Shown here piece by piece: positions 1 through 11,557 of a DNA stretch of 64,000 bases. The notes under the pieces were generated by a model. The model searched no databases. It was not told where the DNA came from and saw nothing but the letters and a program-made list of their open reading frames with translations. The stretch lies in the NCBI RefSeq assembly GCF_963921235.1, contig NC_086108.1, forward strand, positions 21,390,001 through 21,454,000. Direction: 5' to 3'. The DNA is from Mobula hypostoma. Lineage: Eukaryota. Made by a program: the position numbers and the translations under genes. The stretch's first letter is position 1; each line of letters begins with the position of its first letter.

Positions 1-28
1 TGATATTCTCAAAGTAACTGAACCCCCC

Positions 29-222
29 GGGGTGTATGGGGTGTCAGGGAGGGGTAGCACCTCTGGTGGGGGAACATGTCGCGTCCTTTTCAGGGCGGTT
101 AGTCCACCTTTGGTCCCCACCTGGCACTCAGCTCTCACCTGTGGCTCCCTGTAGCTGTTTGCATGCGACAGCGGCCACACCCCAGGCAATGGCTTCGACA
201 AGCCGGCTAAACCAGGTGAGGG
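29..222 (+). ncRNA. HDV-like self-cleaving ribozyme (predicted) at the element 5' end
   Basis: P1 GGGGTGT 29-35 / ACACCCC 177-183; P2 132-142 / 211-222; P3 GGC 143-145 / GCC 174-176; L3 starts TCC; AGGCAA 184-189; P4 GGCTT-cgac-AAGCC 191-204; J4/2 GGCTAA with catalytic-equivalent C207. Confidence 0.75.
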
Positions 223-593
223 TAGCCGACGGGTCTCAAACCCTCGGTGAGATAGGGAGTTGTCTATCCCAGCATGTGAAGACAGACTCCGGCGGATTGA
301 GTGAACGAGACCTATGGAAGGTCCAACGGTCAAGAAGGCGGTCTCTACAAGCGTCGTGGAACGTGTAGAGCAGGACAAGACACAGAAGACGTCTCAGTCA
401 TCCACTGCGCCTAGTCCCATCTCCAGCCGTCTAGACTCTGTCTTGCCACTGGATCCAGATGGGAATTGGGAAGAGAGAGTGAGGCTGACGCTGCGCAACT
501 CTCCCTCACTTAAATCCAAATCACGCGCTAGTCTTGACACCATCATAATGGTGTCGAGGTCTTCATCGACGTCAATGATGGACGAACAACAAC
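29..593 (+). mobile_element. Non-autonomous RTE-type (bipartite 5'UTR+3'UTR) retroelement, apparently full length
   Basis: 11-bp TSD AACTGAACCCC at 16-26 and 594-604; (AAC)n tail at ~585-596; no RT ORF; structured GC-rich 5' end. Confidence 0.75.
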
Positions 594-1020
594 AACTGAA
601 CCCCAAACCCAAGCACAAAATAAACTACAAATAGCATTCATCGTTAACAATCTGAACCCAAGCTATGATTTCAAGAATTTAGTAAAGAAAAAAGATATAA
701 TTAAAAATCAGCTTTTAAAGTTGTACATAAATTAGTTGTGATATCTGGCTTAGTGAAGTCACTTAACTCATCAGGGCAGAAAAGGAGAGTTTTCAAAATT
801 TCACTGAACTCCTCATATCACAACCCACTCTTAAAAACACAGGAAGAGGCCACTGGCACAATTGCTTTATGCTAGTGCTTACATTCCACGTGTTCAGTCC
901 AATCTTGCTGCATCACAGCTTATCAACCTATCCTGCCATTTCCTTTTCCTTTCAATTTTCCTTGGATTACACTAAAATTAATGTGTTGTTTACTTAAATA
1001 CCTTTACATTATATTTTTGA

Positions 1021-1645
1021 GTCAGAGGCTGTTTGAGATGCACACCAATGGGAGGATTTAATAGGTGGTGGGAGCTCATTGCCACTGCCCCCTGGCTATA
1101 ACAACCTTAACAAACCAATTATACCAAACTTAAGGTCTCAGATAAGCTCTGACAACCACGTCCAGCACCAGGCATTCACACGTGGCTAAGCTACTAAGCC
1201 TGGCAGAACCATTTCTATTGACGTGAGAAGGGGTAAACGTGGGTTATTGGCACCTTAAGACCAATCTCTTCAGGCATATGAGGTTCATCAGTTGTGGCTG
1301 ACAGCTCATCTAGGAGAAGGAAAACTCTGATCTCAAACCTCAGCTGCCTTGCGGCTATACCTGCTCATGGGAAAAGCTTCAGGAGTAAACCCCGAGGAAA
1401 AATCCAGAGATTGAGTCCCTAACGCAGTCCCATGTCAAGTTCAACGCTGACTGGCAACTCCTGCGACGCTGCTTGCGCCAAATTGTATCGGTCTGTCCCG
1501 TTCCTTTGGATTTATCAGCTGCATGGAGGGTGGAGCCTGCTACATGGGCATCACTTGCTCTCCACATTGAATTGACCTCACTTACATATCATGCAGACAG
1601 CCAGGATGCAACGTCCATGGTCAACCCTGACCAGCGGAGCTCAGC
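1021..1645 (+). mobile_element. Decayed non-autonomous LINE-derived element (RTE/Vingi-like 5'UTR)
   Basis: GC-richer non-coding island with the GGAGAAGGAAAACTCTGATCTCAAACC motif I associate with RTE-like 5'UTRs; boundaries approximate, no clear TSD. Confidence 0.4.
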
Positions 1646-1721
1646 TTTCTCACTGCTTTCTAAATAATGAAGTTTCACTTCAATACTTTTACAAGTTGAT
1701 TAGTGACCACCTTGTATTTAT

Positions 1722-4275
1722 GAACTGAGGGGTGACCTGATAGAGGTGTATAAGATGATGAGAGGCATTAATCAAGTGGATAGTCAGAGGCTTTTTCCCA
1801 GGGCTGAAATGGCTAACACGAGAGGGCACAGTTTTAAGGCGCTTGGAAGTAGGTGTAGAGGAGATGTCAGGGGTAACTTTTTTATGCGGAGAGTGGTGAG
1901 TGCGTGGTTTTAGCTAAGATAGACTGGCAAATGACACTTAAAGGGTTGATGGTGGATATGCTATGGAAAGCATTTAAAGATTGCATGGATGAACTACATA
2001 TATTGTTCATCCCAGTTTGGCAAAAGAATAAATCAGGGAAGGTAGTGCACCCGTGGCTGACAAGGGAAATTAGGGATAGTATCAATTACAAAGAAGGAGC
2101 ATACAAATTAGCCAGAAAAAGTGGCTCACCTGAGGACTGGGAGAAATTCAGAGTCCAGCAGAGGAGGACAAAGGGCTTAATTAGGAAAAAGAAAAAAGAT
2201 TATGAGAGAAAACTGGCAGGGAACATAAAAACTGACTGTAAAAGCTTTTATAGATACGTGAACAGAAAAAGATTGGTTAAGGCAAATGTAGGTCCCCTAC
2301 AGACAGGAACAGGTGAATTGATTATGGGGAGCAAGGACATGGCAGACCAATTGAATAACTACTTTGGTTCTGTCTTCACTAAGGAGGACATAAATAATCT
2401 TCCGGAAATAGTAGGGGACAGAGGGTCCAGTGAGATGGAGGAACTGAGCGAAATACATGTTAGTAGGGAAGTGGTGTTAGGTAAATTGAAGGGATTAAAG
2501 GCAGATAAATCCCCAGGGCCAGATGGTCTGCATCCCAGAGTGCTTAAGGAAGTAGCCCAAGAAATAGTGGATGCATTAGTGATAATTTTTCAAAACTCTT
2601 TAGATTCTGGACTAGTTCCTGAGGATTGGAGGGTGGCTAATGTAACCCCGCTTTTTAAAAAAGGAGGGAGAGAGAAACCGGGGAATTATAGGCCGGTTAG
2701 CCTAACATCGGTGGTGGGGAAAATGCTAGAGTTAGTTATCAAAGATGTGATAACAGCACATTTGGAAAGCGGTGAAATCATCAGACAAAGTCAGCATGGA
2801 TTTGTGAAAGAAAAATCATGTCTGACGAATCTCACAGAATTTTTTGAGGATGTAACTAGTAGAGTGGATAGGGGAGAACCAGTAGATGTGGTACTTTTGG
2901 ATTTTCAAAAGGCTTTTGACAAGGTTCCACACAGGAGATTAGTGTGCAAACTTAAAGCACACGGTATTGAAGGTAAGGTATTGATGTGGATAGAGAATTG
3001 GTTGGCAGACAGGAAGCAAAGAGTGGGAATAAACGGGACCTTTTCAGAATGGCAGGCAGTGACTAGTGGGGTACCGCAAGGCTCAGTGCTGGGACCCCAG
3101 TTGTTTACAATATATATTAACGACTTGGATGAGGGAATTAAATGCAGCATTTCCAAGTTTGCGGATGACACGAAGCTGGGCAGCAGTGTTAGCTGTGAGG
3201 AGGATGCTAAGAGGATGCAGGGTGACTTGGATAGGTTGGGTGAGTGGGCAAATTCATGGCAGATGCAATTTAATGTGGATAAATGTGAGGTTATTCACTT
3301 TGGTGGCAAAAACAGGAAAACAGATTATTACCTGAATGGTGGCCGATTAGGAAAAGGGGAGGTGCAACGAGACCTGGGTGTCATTATACACCAGTCATTG
3401 AAAGTGGGCATGCAGGTACAGCAGGCGGTGAAAAAGGCGAATGGTATGCTGGCATTTATAGCAAGAGGATTCGAGTACAGGAGCAGGGAGGTACTACTGT
3501 AGTTGTACAAGGCCTTGGTGAGACCACACCTGGAGTATTGTGTGCAGTTTTGGTCCCCTAATCTGAGGAAAGACATCTTTGCCATAGAGGGAGTACAAAG
3601 AAGGTTCACCAGATTGATTCCTGGGACGGCAGGACTTTCATATGATGAAAGACTGGATCGACTAGGCTTATACTCGCTGGAATTTAGAAGATTGAGGGGG
3701 GATCTTATTGAAACGTATAAAATTCTAAAGGGATTGGACAGGCTAGATGCAGGAAGATTGTTCCCGATGTTGGGAAGTCCAGAACGAGGGGTCACAGTTT
3801 GAGGATAAAGGGGAAGCCTTTTAGGACCCAGATTAGGAAAAACTTCTTCACACAGAGAGTGGTGAATCTGTGGAATTCTTTGCTACAGGAAACAGTTGAG
3901 GCCAGTTCATTGGCTATATTTAAGAGGGAGTTAGATATGGCCCTTGTGGCTAAAGGGATCAGGGGGTATGGAGGGAAGGCTGGTACAGGGTTCTGAGTTG
4001 GATGATCAGCTATGATCATACTGAATGGCGGTGCAGGCTCGAAGGGCCAAATGGCCTACTCCTGCACCTATTTTCTATGTTTCTAATAGGCTGCTGGCAA
4101 CGGTGGTGGAGGCAGATATGATAGGTTCTTTTAAGAGACTCCTAGATAGGTACATGCAGCTTAGAAAAATAGAAGGCTATGGGTAATCCCAGGTAATTTC
4201 TAAAGTAAGTACATGTTCGGCATAGCATTGTGGGCCAAAGGGCCTGTATCGTGCTGCAGGTTTTTTAAGTTTGTA
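1722..4275 (+). mobile_element. Older CR1 3' end, split by a younger CR1 (pieces 1722-1907 and 4086-4275)
   Basis: LRGDLIEVYKMMRG-type coding remnant stops at GTGCGTGG (1907) and resumes at ~4086 into a CR1-type 3'UTR. Confidence 0.8.
1910..4085 (+). mobile_element. Young CR1 LINE, 5'-truncated, RT pseudogene
   Basis: ORFs 1904-3502, 3503-3802, 3799-3996 with [22 protein letters not shown] and KFADDTK; CAG>TAG stop at 3500-3502; frameshift ~3775; TTTCTATG tail. Confidence 0.95.
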
Positions 4276-4927
4276 ACTCTAACTGTGGAATCTCAGAAGT
4301 ATCTTCTCTGCACTTCTCCAGTCAGAAAACTTCAAAATTTTTAAGGCTTCTGCTGGCTCTGCTTTTGCAGTGAAAAGAGCCCTGTTTGTTCAGACTTTCC
4401 AGATAGGTGCAAATTTTACAATATGCATCCCAAATCCCAGTGTATTCTGTATTATTAATTGTGGGTGACACAACCGCTAGCTTCTGGGTTTTTATTCACG
4501 ATGGCAAGCTATAGCTTCCTGGAAATAGTGCAGCCTCACTCACTGTTGAAAGTCAGCTTACCTAAAAGCACTCTGACCACTGGAACAGCTGTAAAGGTGA
4601 GATAAATCCCTGTATGGATTACACTTGAGTCACAACTTTGGACCACAATAGAAAGCTGGGATCCTCTGCATCTGCACCAGATGCGTAATTCCAGTAGTGA
4701 GAGTTGTTATGCATCTGGTTGCACCACCCGACTCTTAATATATTCATACAGAATTACAGCAACTATTTTTTAAAATCAGATGTTTAATTTTGTAAAATAA
4801 TTTGGACATTGGTTTGAATTCAGTCATTTGGCTTCAACCATTTCAATGTGGATTAATTAAGAATGTATGGGAGGTCAACAATGATAAAAGACTACTAGTG
4901 CACTGAAACTTGTACCTTGCACGCTAA

Positions 4928-5712
4928 AGGCTGATTTATACTTGGGCGTACTAGCTCTATGCCGTAGCCTACGCAAGTGGGCTACGCCGTTGTGAGCATT
5001 TATACTTGTGCGTTGATGTGTCTGCGTCGCTCTGCAATTCACCGCCAAAATGCTAGTTGGCGGTGGGGTTTCTATGTCACTGTGTTGAGTTTCTTCGTGT
5101 TGAAATTCAACACGAAGAAACTCAAACTTCAAACAATGGCGACTGAAACTGATTGAGGGTGAATTTTCTGTATGTACAGTGTAGTGTCACTTAACAGAAT
5201 TGGGAATTTCGAGCCAAAATCGATTTGTCGGAAAAAATCGGCACGTACACGCATGTGCACGACATGCATGCGCACACACCTGCCTGTGCAAGGCTTCATG
5301 GTCATTGTAGTCTTTCTCGGGGTAAACAAGTTTAAAGCGAGCGTCTTTTTCCGTAAAAGTGAAAATTCTCTTTCGGTTAACAAAAACAGGTACTAATGTA
5401 GGTCTTTCATAAAAGCGAAAAGTGTCCTCCATAATTTCAGAGGTCTGTAAAGCTTTATGGAAAGCATTACAGCCAGAGTTCCTTCCCTGCCCTTCAGTTG
5501 CCCAATGGCAAGCTATTGCAGCGTAGGAGGAAATGCGATGCTATCAAGCGGATCAATCACAGTTGTTTCGGTCTGCGTCGCCACAACGCAAAGTACATTT
5601 TAGGAGAGGCGCGCGTTAGGCTGTGGCATAGGGTTTGCATAGAGTAAATTGTAGAGTTTGCAGCTATGCTGTACCTACGGCGTGCATTTGACGCAGAAGT
5701 ATAAATCAGCCT
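4928..5712. mobile_element. PIF/Harbinger-type non-autonomous element (MITE)
   Basis: Perfect 16-bp TIRs AGGCTGATTTATACTT (4928-4943 / 5697-5712); 3-bp TAA TSD (4925-4927, 5713-5715). Confidence 0.85.
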
Positions 5713-7042
5713 TAACTCTACCATGATTATATCCAGCTGTATATCCAACGTGCCAACTAGTTTAGGAGAGTACAACATTTATTGTTCATTCTTGTATTTT
5801 TAATCACCTTATGTTAGTTTTAAATATCTTTTACATTAATTTAACTCCAAGTCTTGGCTGAATCTGAAGGAACATTTTACGGTCTGACATCACAACTTAT
5901 AATTCCAGTTGTTTAAAAAATAATTTCTAATGTCTAGACATTGTAAGTTAATACCTCTAATAACCCCATGAAGTATCATTTTGCTAACTCATGTTATAGT
6001 CATTGGACACCCGGGAAGTACATCTTCATTAAACAATATGGAATATATATTAAACATGTTGTATTTGCTAATTATTTTTACAGCAGATAACCTCTAAACC
6101 TATCTTGTAAATATTGTGTTGTATCATCCTTCTGTAATCTTTCTCTATATTAGCAATTTTGTTAAAGTCTGCATTCAAAATCAAAATCTTGGTCACTCGT
6201 ATGGAATGGAAACAATGCATTTCCAAACATTTGATCTGTACAGGTCTTCAGTTCAAACATGGCCTTGTCTTATATAGCATGACTGTGCTTCCTCTACCAG
6301 TTATTTCCCTTGAAGATTATCCCCCTTAAGTATTCTGTGGGCGTCCTGTTTCCAAAACCGAAGTGCAAACAAATGTTATTCTCAGGATATTGGACTATGC
6401 ATGTCAGTACCTCAACATTTGCAATCAGGAATATGATCAGGCAGCATTTTCATTCCTAAATCGATACATAATACCCCTTATTAAAGGCACATATCTGACC
6501 AGCATTATCGATTTTGGTGCTGTAGGTGTCAGAACCAAATTCATTGCTCTCCTAAAACACTGACTTCTTTATATTGAGTGCCAGAGTTCATCATATATCC
6601 TCTCTCCTCTGCTTTTATTTGACAAGATATTTGTATATTACAAATTGTCAGAATGTATCAAGTAACTCTTGTCCTACCAATGTAACAATCCATCAAGAAA
6701 ATACAGAAAACAGAATTGTCAGTTATGACTTTGGCACAGATCTTGTATTAATTTGTAATGAAGAAATCACTATTGCTTCTGACAATGGAAAAGTGCCCCC
6801 ACTTCATTGCACAGAATCTTTCAAACACCTGTAATTGCTGGAATGGCTTTGAGTAAACTTTGGCAGTTCTTCCAACATTACTCATCCTCCTTCCCAGCAC
6901 TCTCCCCTCCATCAAAGATTTACGAAATCTGTATCTGTCATTTTAATTGCCCATAAACTTGGCTTGCAAGCTCTTTTCCCCAGATATAAACCTATTCAAA
7001 AATCAATTTAAAAACCATTCTTTTAATTGCAAAACCTTACAG

Positions 7043-7519
7043 AAAGCAGCAACCACTATCAGGGACCCTGCCCCCACCTCCAATACCCAAGACATGCTCT
7101 CTTCTCGCTGCAGCTATCAGGAAGGTGGTACAGGAACCTGAGGACCCACACCACCAGGTTCAGGAACAGTTTTTACCCCACAGCCATCAGGCTCTTGAAC
7201 CAAAGGGAATAACTTCACTCAACTTCACTTGCCCCACAATTGAAATGTTCCCACAATTGATGGACTCACTTTCAAGGACTATTCATCTCACATTCTCAAT
7301 ATTTTTTGCTGATTTATTTATTATTATTTCTTTCTTTTTGTACTTGGACAGTTTGTTGTCTTCTGCACTCTGGCTAAATGGCCAAGTTGAGTCTTTCACT
7401 GATCCTGTTATGGCTATCATACTATAGATTTATTGAGCATGCCCACAAGAAAATGAATCCCAGGATTGTATATGGTGACATACATTTACTTTGATAATAA
7501 ATTTACTTTGAACTTTGAG
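7043..7519 (+). mobile_element. Rex1/Babar LINE 3' fragment
   Basis: C-terminal motif SGRWYRNLRTHTTRFRNSFYPTAIRLLN; AATAAA then ACTTTGA-type tail. Confidence 0.8.
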
Positions 7520-7529
7520 AAACATTTTT

Positions 7530-9640
7530 CAGATTCAGATTTATCACATGTACATCGAAAACTCCAGTGAAATGCAACCTAAAGGTGCGCTGAGGCACCC
7601 ACAAGTGTTGCCACCATAGTCCAGTGCCAACATAGCATGTCCACAATGCTCAACAGAACAACACAGAACACAACAAGCAACAAACCAATAACAGCAAAAC
7701 AAATTGCATTACTCCCTCCCACCTACGTATCCATGTAGACAGCCCTCCAACTCCAGGACAGGCCTTGAGCCTCCAGTCTCCAGGCCTCACTCATTCAGCT
7801 TTGCCTTCCAGATTTCCAATCGACCTTAGGGCTCCGATCTTCATTGTTGCTCACCAGACTAGGCAATGATTGTACACTGAACTCCAGGCTCAAACTCAGG
7901 GTGCACCGACTGACCTGTCCTTCTGCATCCTTGTGCCTCTGCTTGCACGGACATCTGATCCCAAGACACACCTACTGGAACAGCCAAAATCCACGCTGCA
8001 GAGTGCAAAGTGGAGGTCTGGACACTGGAAGCTCTCATCACTGGATTTCGAATGACGAACATGGAGCAGAGGCTTGACCTCTAACTCCTCCACATCCCTT
8101 TTCCTAAGTCCTAATCTGACCTTTAACTCCCCAATATCACCGGTTAGCCTAACGTCGGTGGTGGGGAAACTGCTGGAGTCAGTTATCAAGGATGTGATAA
8201 CAGCACATTTGGAAAGCGGTGAAATGATCGGACAAAGTCAGCATGGATTTGTGAAAGGAAAATCATGTCTGACGAATCTCATAGAATTTTTTGAGGATGT
8301 AACTAGTAGAGTGGATAGGGGAGAACCAGTGGATGTGGTATATTTGGATTTTCAAAAGGCTTTTGACAAGGTCCCACACAGGAGATTAGTGTGCAAACTT
8401 AAAGCACACGGTATTGGGGGTAAGGTATTGGTGTGGGTGGAGAATTGGTTAGCAGACAGGAAGCAAAGAGTGGGAATAAACGGGACCTTTTCAGAATGGC
8501 AGGCGGTGACTAGTGGGGTACCGCAAGGCTCAGTGCTGGGACCCCAGTTGTTTACAATATATATTAATGACTTGGATGAGGGAATTAAATGCAGCATCTC
8601 CAAGTTTGCGGATGACACGAAGCTGGGTGGCAGTGTTAGCAGTGAGGAGGATGCTAAGAGGATGCAGGGTGACTTGGATAGGTTGGGTGAGTGGGCAAAT
8701 TCATGGCAGATGCAATTTAATGTGGATAAATGTGAAGTTATCCACTTTGGTGGCAAAAATAGGAAAACAGATTATTATCTGAATGGTGGCCGATTAGGAA
8801 AAGGGGAGGTGCAACGAGACCTGGGTGTCATTATACACCAGTCATTGAAAGTGGGCATGCAGGTACAACAGGCGGTGAAAAAGGCGAATGGCATGCTGGC
8901 ATTTATAGCGACAGGATTCGAGTACAGGAGCAGGGAGGTACTACTGCAGTTGTACAAGGCCTTGGTGAGACCACACCTGGAGTATTGTGTGCAGTTTTGG
9001 TCCCCTAATCTGAGGGAGTACAAAAAAGGTTCACCAGATTGATTCCTGGGATGGCAGGACTTTCATATGAAGAAAGACTGGATGAACTGGGCTTGTACTC
9101 GTTGGAATTTAGAAGATTGAGGGGGGGATCTGATTGAAACGTATAAGATCCTAAAGGGATTGGACAGGCTAGATGCAGGAAGATTGTTCCCGATGTTGGG
9201 GAAGTCCAGAACGAGGGGCCACCGTTTGAGGATAGAGGGGAAGCCTTTTAGGACCGAGATTAGGAAAAACTTCTTCACACAGAGAGTGGTGAATCTGTGG
9301 AATTCTCTGCCACAGGAAACTGTTGAGGCCAGTTCATTGGCTATATTTAAGAGGGAGTTAGATATGGCCCTTGTGGCTACGGGGGTCAGGGGATATGGAG
9401 GGAAGGCTGGGGCGGGGTTCTGTGTTGCATGATCAGCCATGATCATAATAAATGGCGATGCAGGCTCAAAGGGCCGAATAGCCTACTCCTGCACCTATTT
9501 TCTATGTTTCTATGTTTCTTAAACCCTACCCTGACCTCCAACTCCCCCCTCCGGCCCAAAACCATCCCTACGAACTTTAAAAAATAACAATTAAACCTGA
9601 ACCACGATCTCAATGGAGTCCACAGCTCAGTGCCATCTTG
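7530..9640 (-). mobile_element. Non-autonomous Rex1-like/SINE-like element split by a CR1 (pieces 7530-8138 and 9520-9640)
   Basis: Minus-strand 5' CAAGATGGC motif at ~9640, similar to the start of the Rex1 at ~47646; TCTGAA-type tail at ~7530; similar C-rich sequence on both sides of the CR1. Confidence 0.45.
8139..9519 (+). mobile_element. Young CR1 LINE, 5'-truncated
   Basis: RT ORF to 9042 nearly identical to the 1910-4085 copy; 22-nt deletion between GAGG repeats at ~9012; TTTCTATG tail. Confidence 0.95.
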
Positions 9641-9712
9641 AAAAAAAATATCAGATTTTGAACTTTATCATTCATTTCCAGACATTTGCCCTTTTTAATA
9701 CCACATAGTTTT

Positions 9713-9898
9713 AAACATAGAAACATAGAAATCTATAGCACATTACAGGCCCTTCGGCCCACAATGTTGTGCCGACCATGTAACCTACTTCAGAAGCTGC
9801 CTAGAATTTCCCTACCGCATAGCCTTCTATTTTTCTAAGCTCCATATACCTATCTAAGAGTCTCTTAAAAGACCCTATTGAATCTGCCTCTACCACCG
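9713..9898 (-). mobile_element. CR1 3' tail fragment (same family as 4086-4275)
   Basis: Reverse-complement TTTCTATG tail; VVEADSIGSFKRLLDRYM coding end. Confidence 0.85.
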
Positions 9899-11273
9899 TT
9901 GGGTTACACTTGAATCTGAGGGGGACCAATATCCTGGCAGGGAGGTTTGCTAAGGGAGAGTTTAAACTAGAATTGCTGGGAGGTGGGAACTGAACTGAAG
10001 AGACAGAGGAAGGGGCGGTTGGCTCACATGTAGAGAAAGCCCACAGTGCGAGAGGGAGGATAGGCAGGTGATAGAGAATGAATACGCTCAGACCGATGGT
10101 TTGAGATGTGTCTATTTTAAAGCAAGAAGCATCGTGAACAAAGCGGAGGAGCTTAGAGCGTGGATCAGCACTTGGAGCTATGTTGTGGCCATTACAGAGG
10201 CTTCGATGGCTCAGAGGCAAGAATGGCTACTTAGAAATGCCATGCTTTAGATGTTTCAGAAAGGTCAGGGAGGGAGGCAAAAGAGGTGGGGGAGTGGCAC
10301 TGCTGATCAGAGTGTCACAGCTGCAGAAAAAGAGAAAGCCATGGAGAGATTGTCTACAGAGTCTCTGTGGGTGGAAGTTAGGAACGGCAAGGGGTCAATA
10401 ACTCTACTGGGTGTTTTTTATAGACCACCCAATAGTAACAGGGACATCGAGGAGCAGATACAGAGACAGATTCTGGAAAGGTATAATAATAACAGGGCTG
10501 TCGTGGTGGGAGATTTTAATTTCCCAAATATTGATCGGCATCTTCCTAGAGCAAGGGGTTTAGATGCGGTGGAGTTTGTTAGGTGTGTTCAGGAAGGTTT
10601 CCTGACACAATATGTAAATAAGCCTACAAGAGGAGAGGCTGTACTTGACCTGGTATTGGGAAATTAACCTGTTCAGGTGTCACGTATCTCAGTGTGAGAG
10701 CATTTTGGAGATAGTAATCACAATTCTATCTCCTTTACCATAGTATTGGAGAGGGATAGGAACAGACAAGTTAGGAAAGCGTTTAATTGGAGTAAGGGGA
10801 AATATGAAGCTATCAGGCAGGATCTTCGAAGCATAAATTGGAAACAGATGTTCTCAGCAAAATGTACGGCAGAAATATGGCGAATGTTCAGGGGATATTT
10901 GCGTGGCGTTCTGCATAGGTATGTTCCAATGAGATAGGGAAAGGATGGTAGGGTATAGGAACCCTGATGTACAAAGTCTATTGAAAAATCTAGTCAAGAA
11001 GAAAAGCTTATGAAAGGTAGAAAAAACTAGGTAATGATAGAGTTCTAGAAGATTATAAGGCTTGCAGGAAGGAACTTAAGAATGAAATTAGGAGAGCCAG
11101 AAGGGGCCATGAGGTGGCCTTGGCGAGCCGGATTAAGGAAAACCCCAAGGCATTCTACAAGTACGTGAAGAGCAAGAGGATAAGACGTGAGAGAATAGGA
11201 CCAATCAAGTGTGACAGTGGAAAAGTGTGCATGGAACCAGAGGAGACAGCAAACATACTTAATGAATACTTTG

Positions 11274-11435
11274 ACACGAGAAATTCTGCAGATGCTGGAA
11301 ATTCAAGCAACACACATCAAAGTTGCTGATGAACGCAGCAGGCCAGGCTGAGTCCTCACGAAGGGTCTCGGCCCGAAACGTCGAATGTACCTCTTCCTAG
11401 AGATGCTGCCTGGCCTGCTGCATTCACCAGCAACT
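11274..11435. mobile_element. Penelope-derived palindromic mini-element with a hammerhead motif
   Basis: 15-bp TSD TTAATGAATACTTTG (11259-11273 / 11436-11450); internal inverted repeat; hammerhead-like 11351-11386. Confidence 0.85.
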
Positions 11436-11557
11436 TTAATGAATACTTTGCTTCAGTATACACTGCAGAAAAGGATCTTGGCAATTGTAGGGATGACTTA
11501 CAGTGGATTGAAAAGCTTGAGCATATAGACATTAAGAAAGAGGATGTGCTGGCGCTT

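Noticed and set aside
36..634. ORFs 36-368, 314-634 and 394-618 as protein genes
   Set aside because: They lie within a TSD-flanked structured non-coding element and show no recognisable domain.
1910..4085. An intact, autonomous CR1 here or elsewhere in the window
   Set aside because: Every copy is truncated and/or has stops or frameshifts; I found no intact autonomous element of any class.
6165..6245. Minus-strand VQIKC...TKIL as the terminal ATF6 exon
   Set aside because: Spacing and residues do not fit MMQIDC.VMDTRIL and there is no good acceptor; chance similarity.
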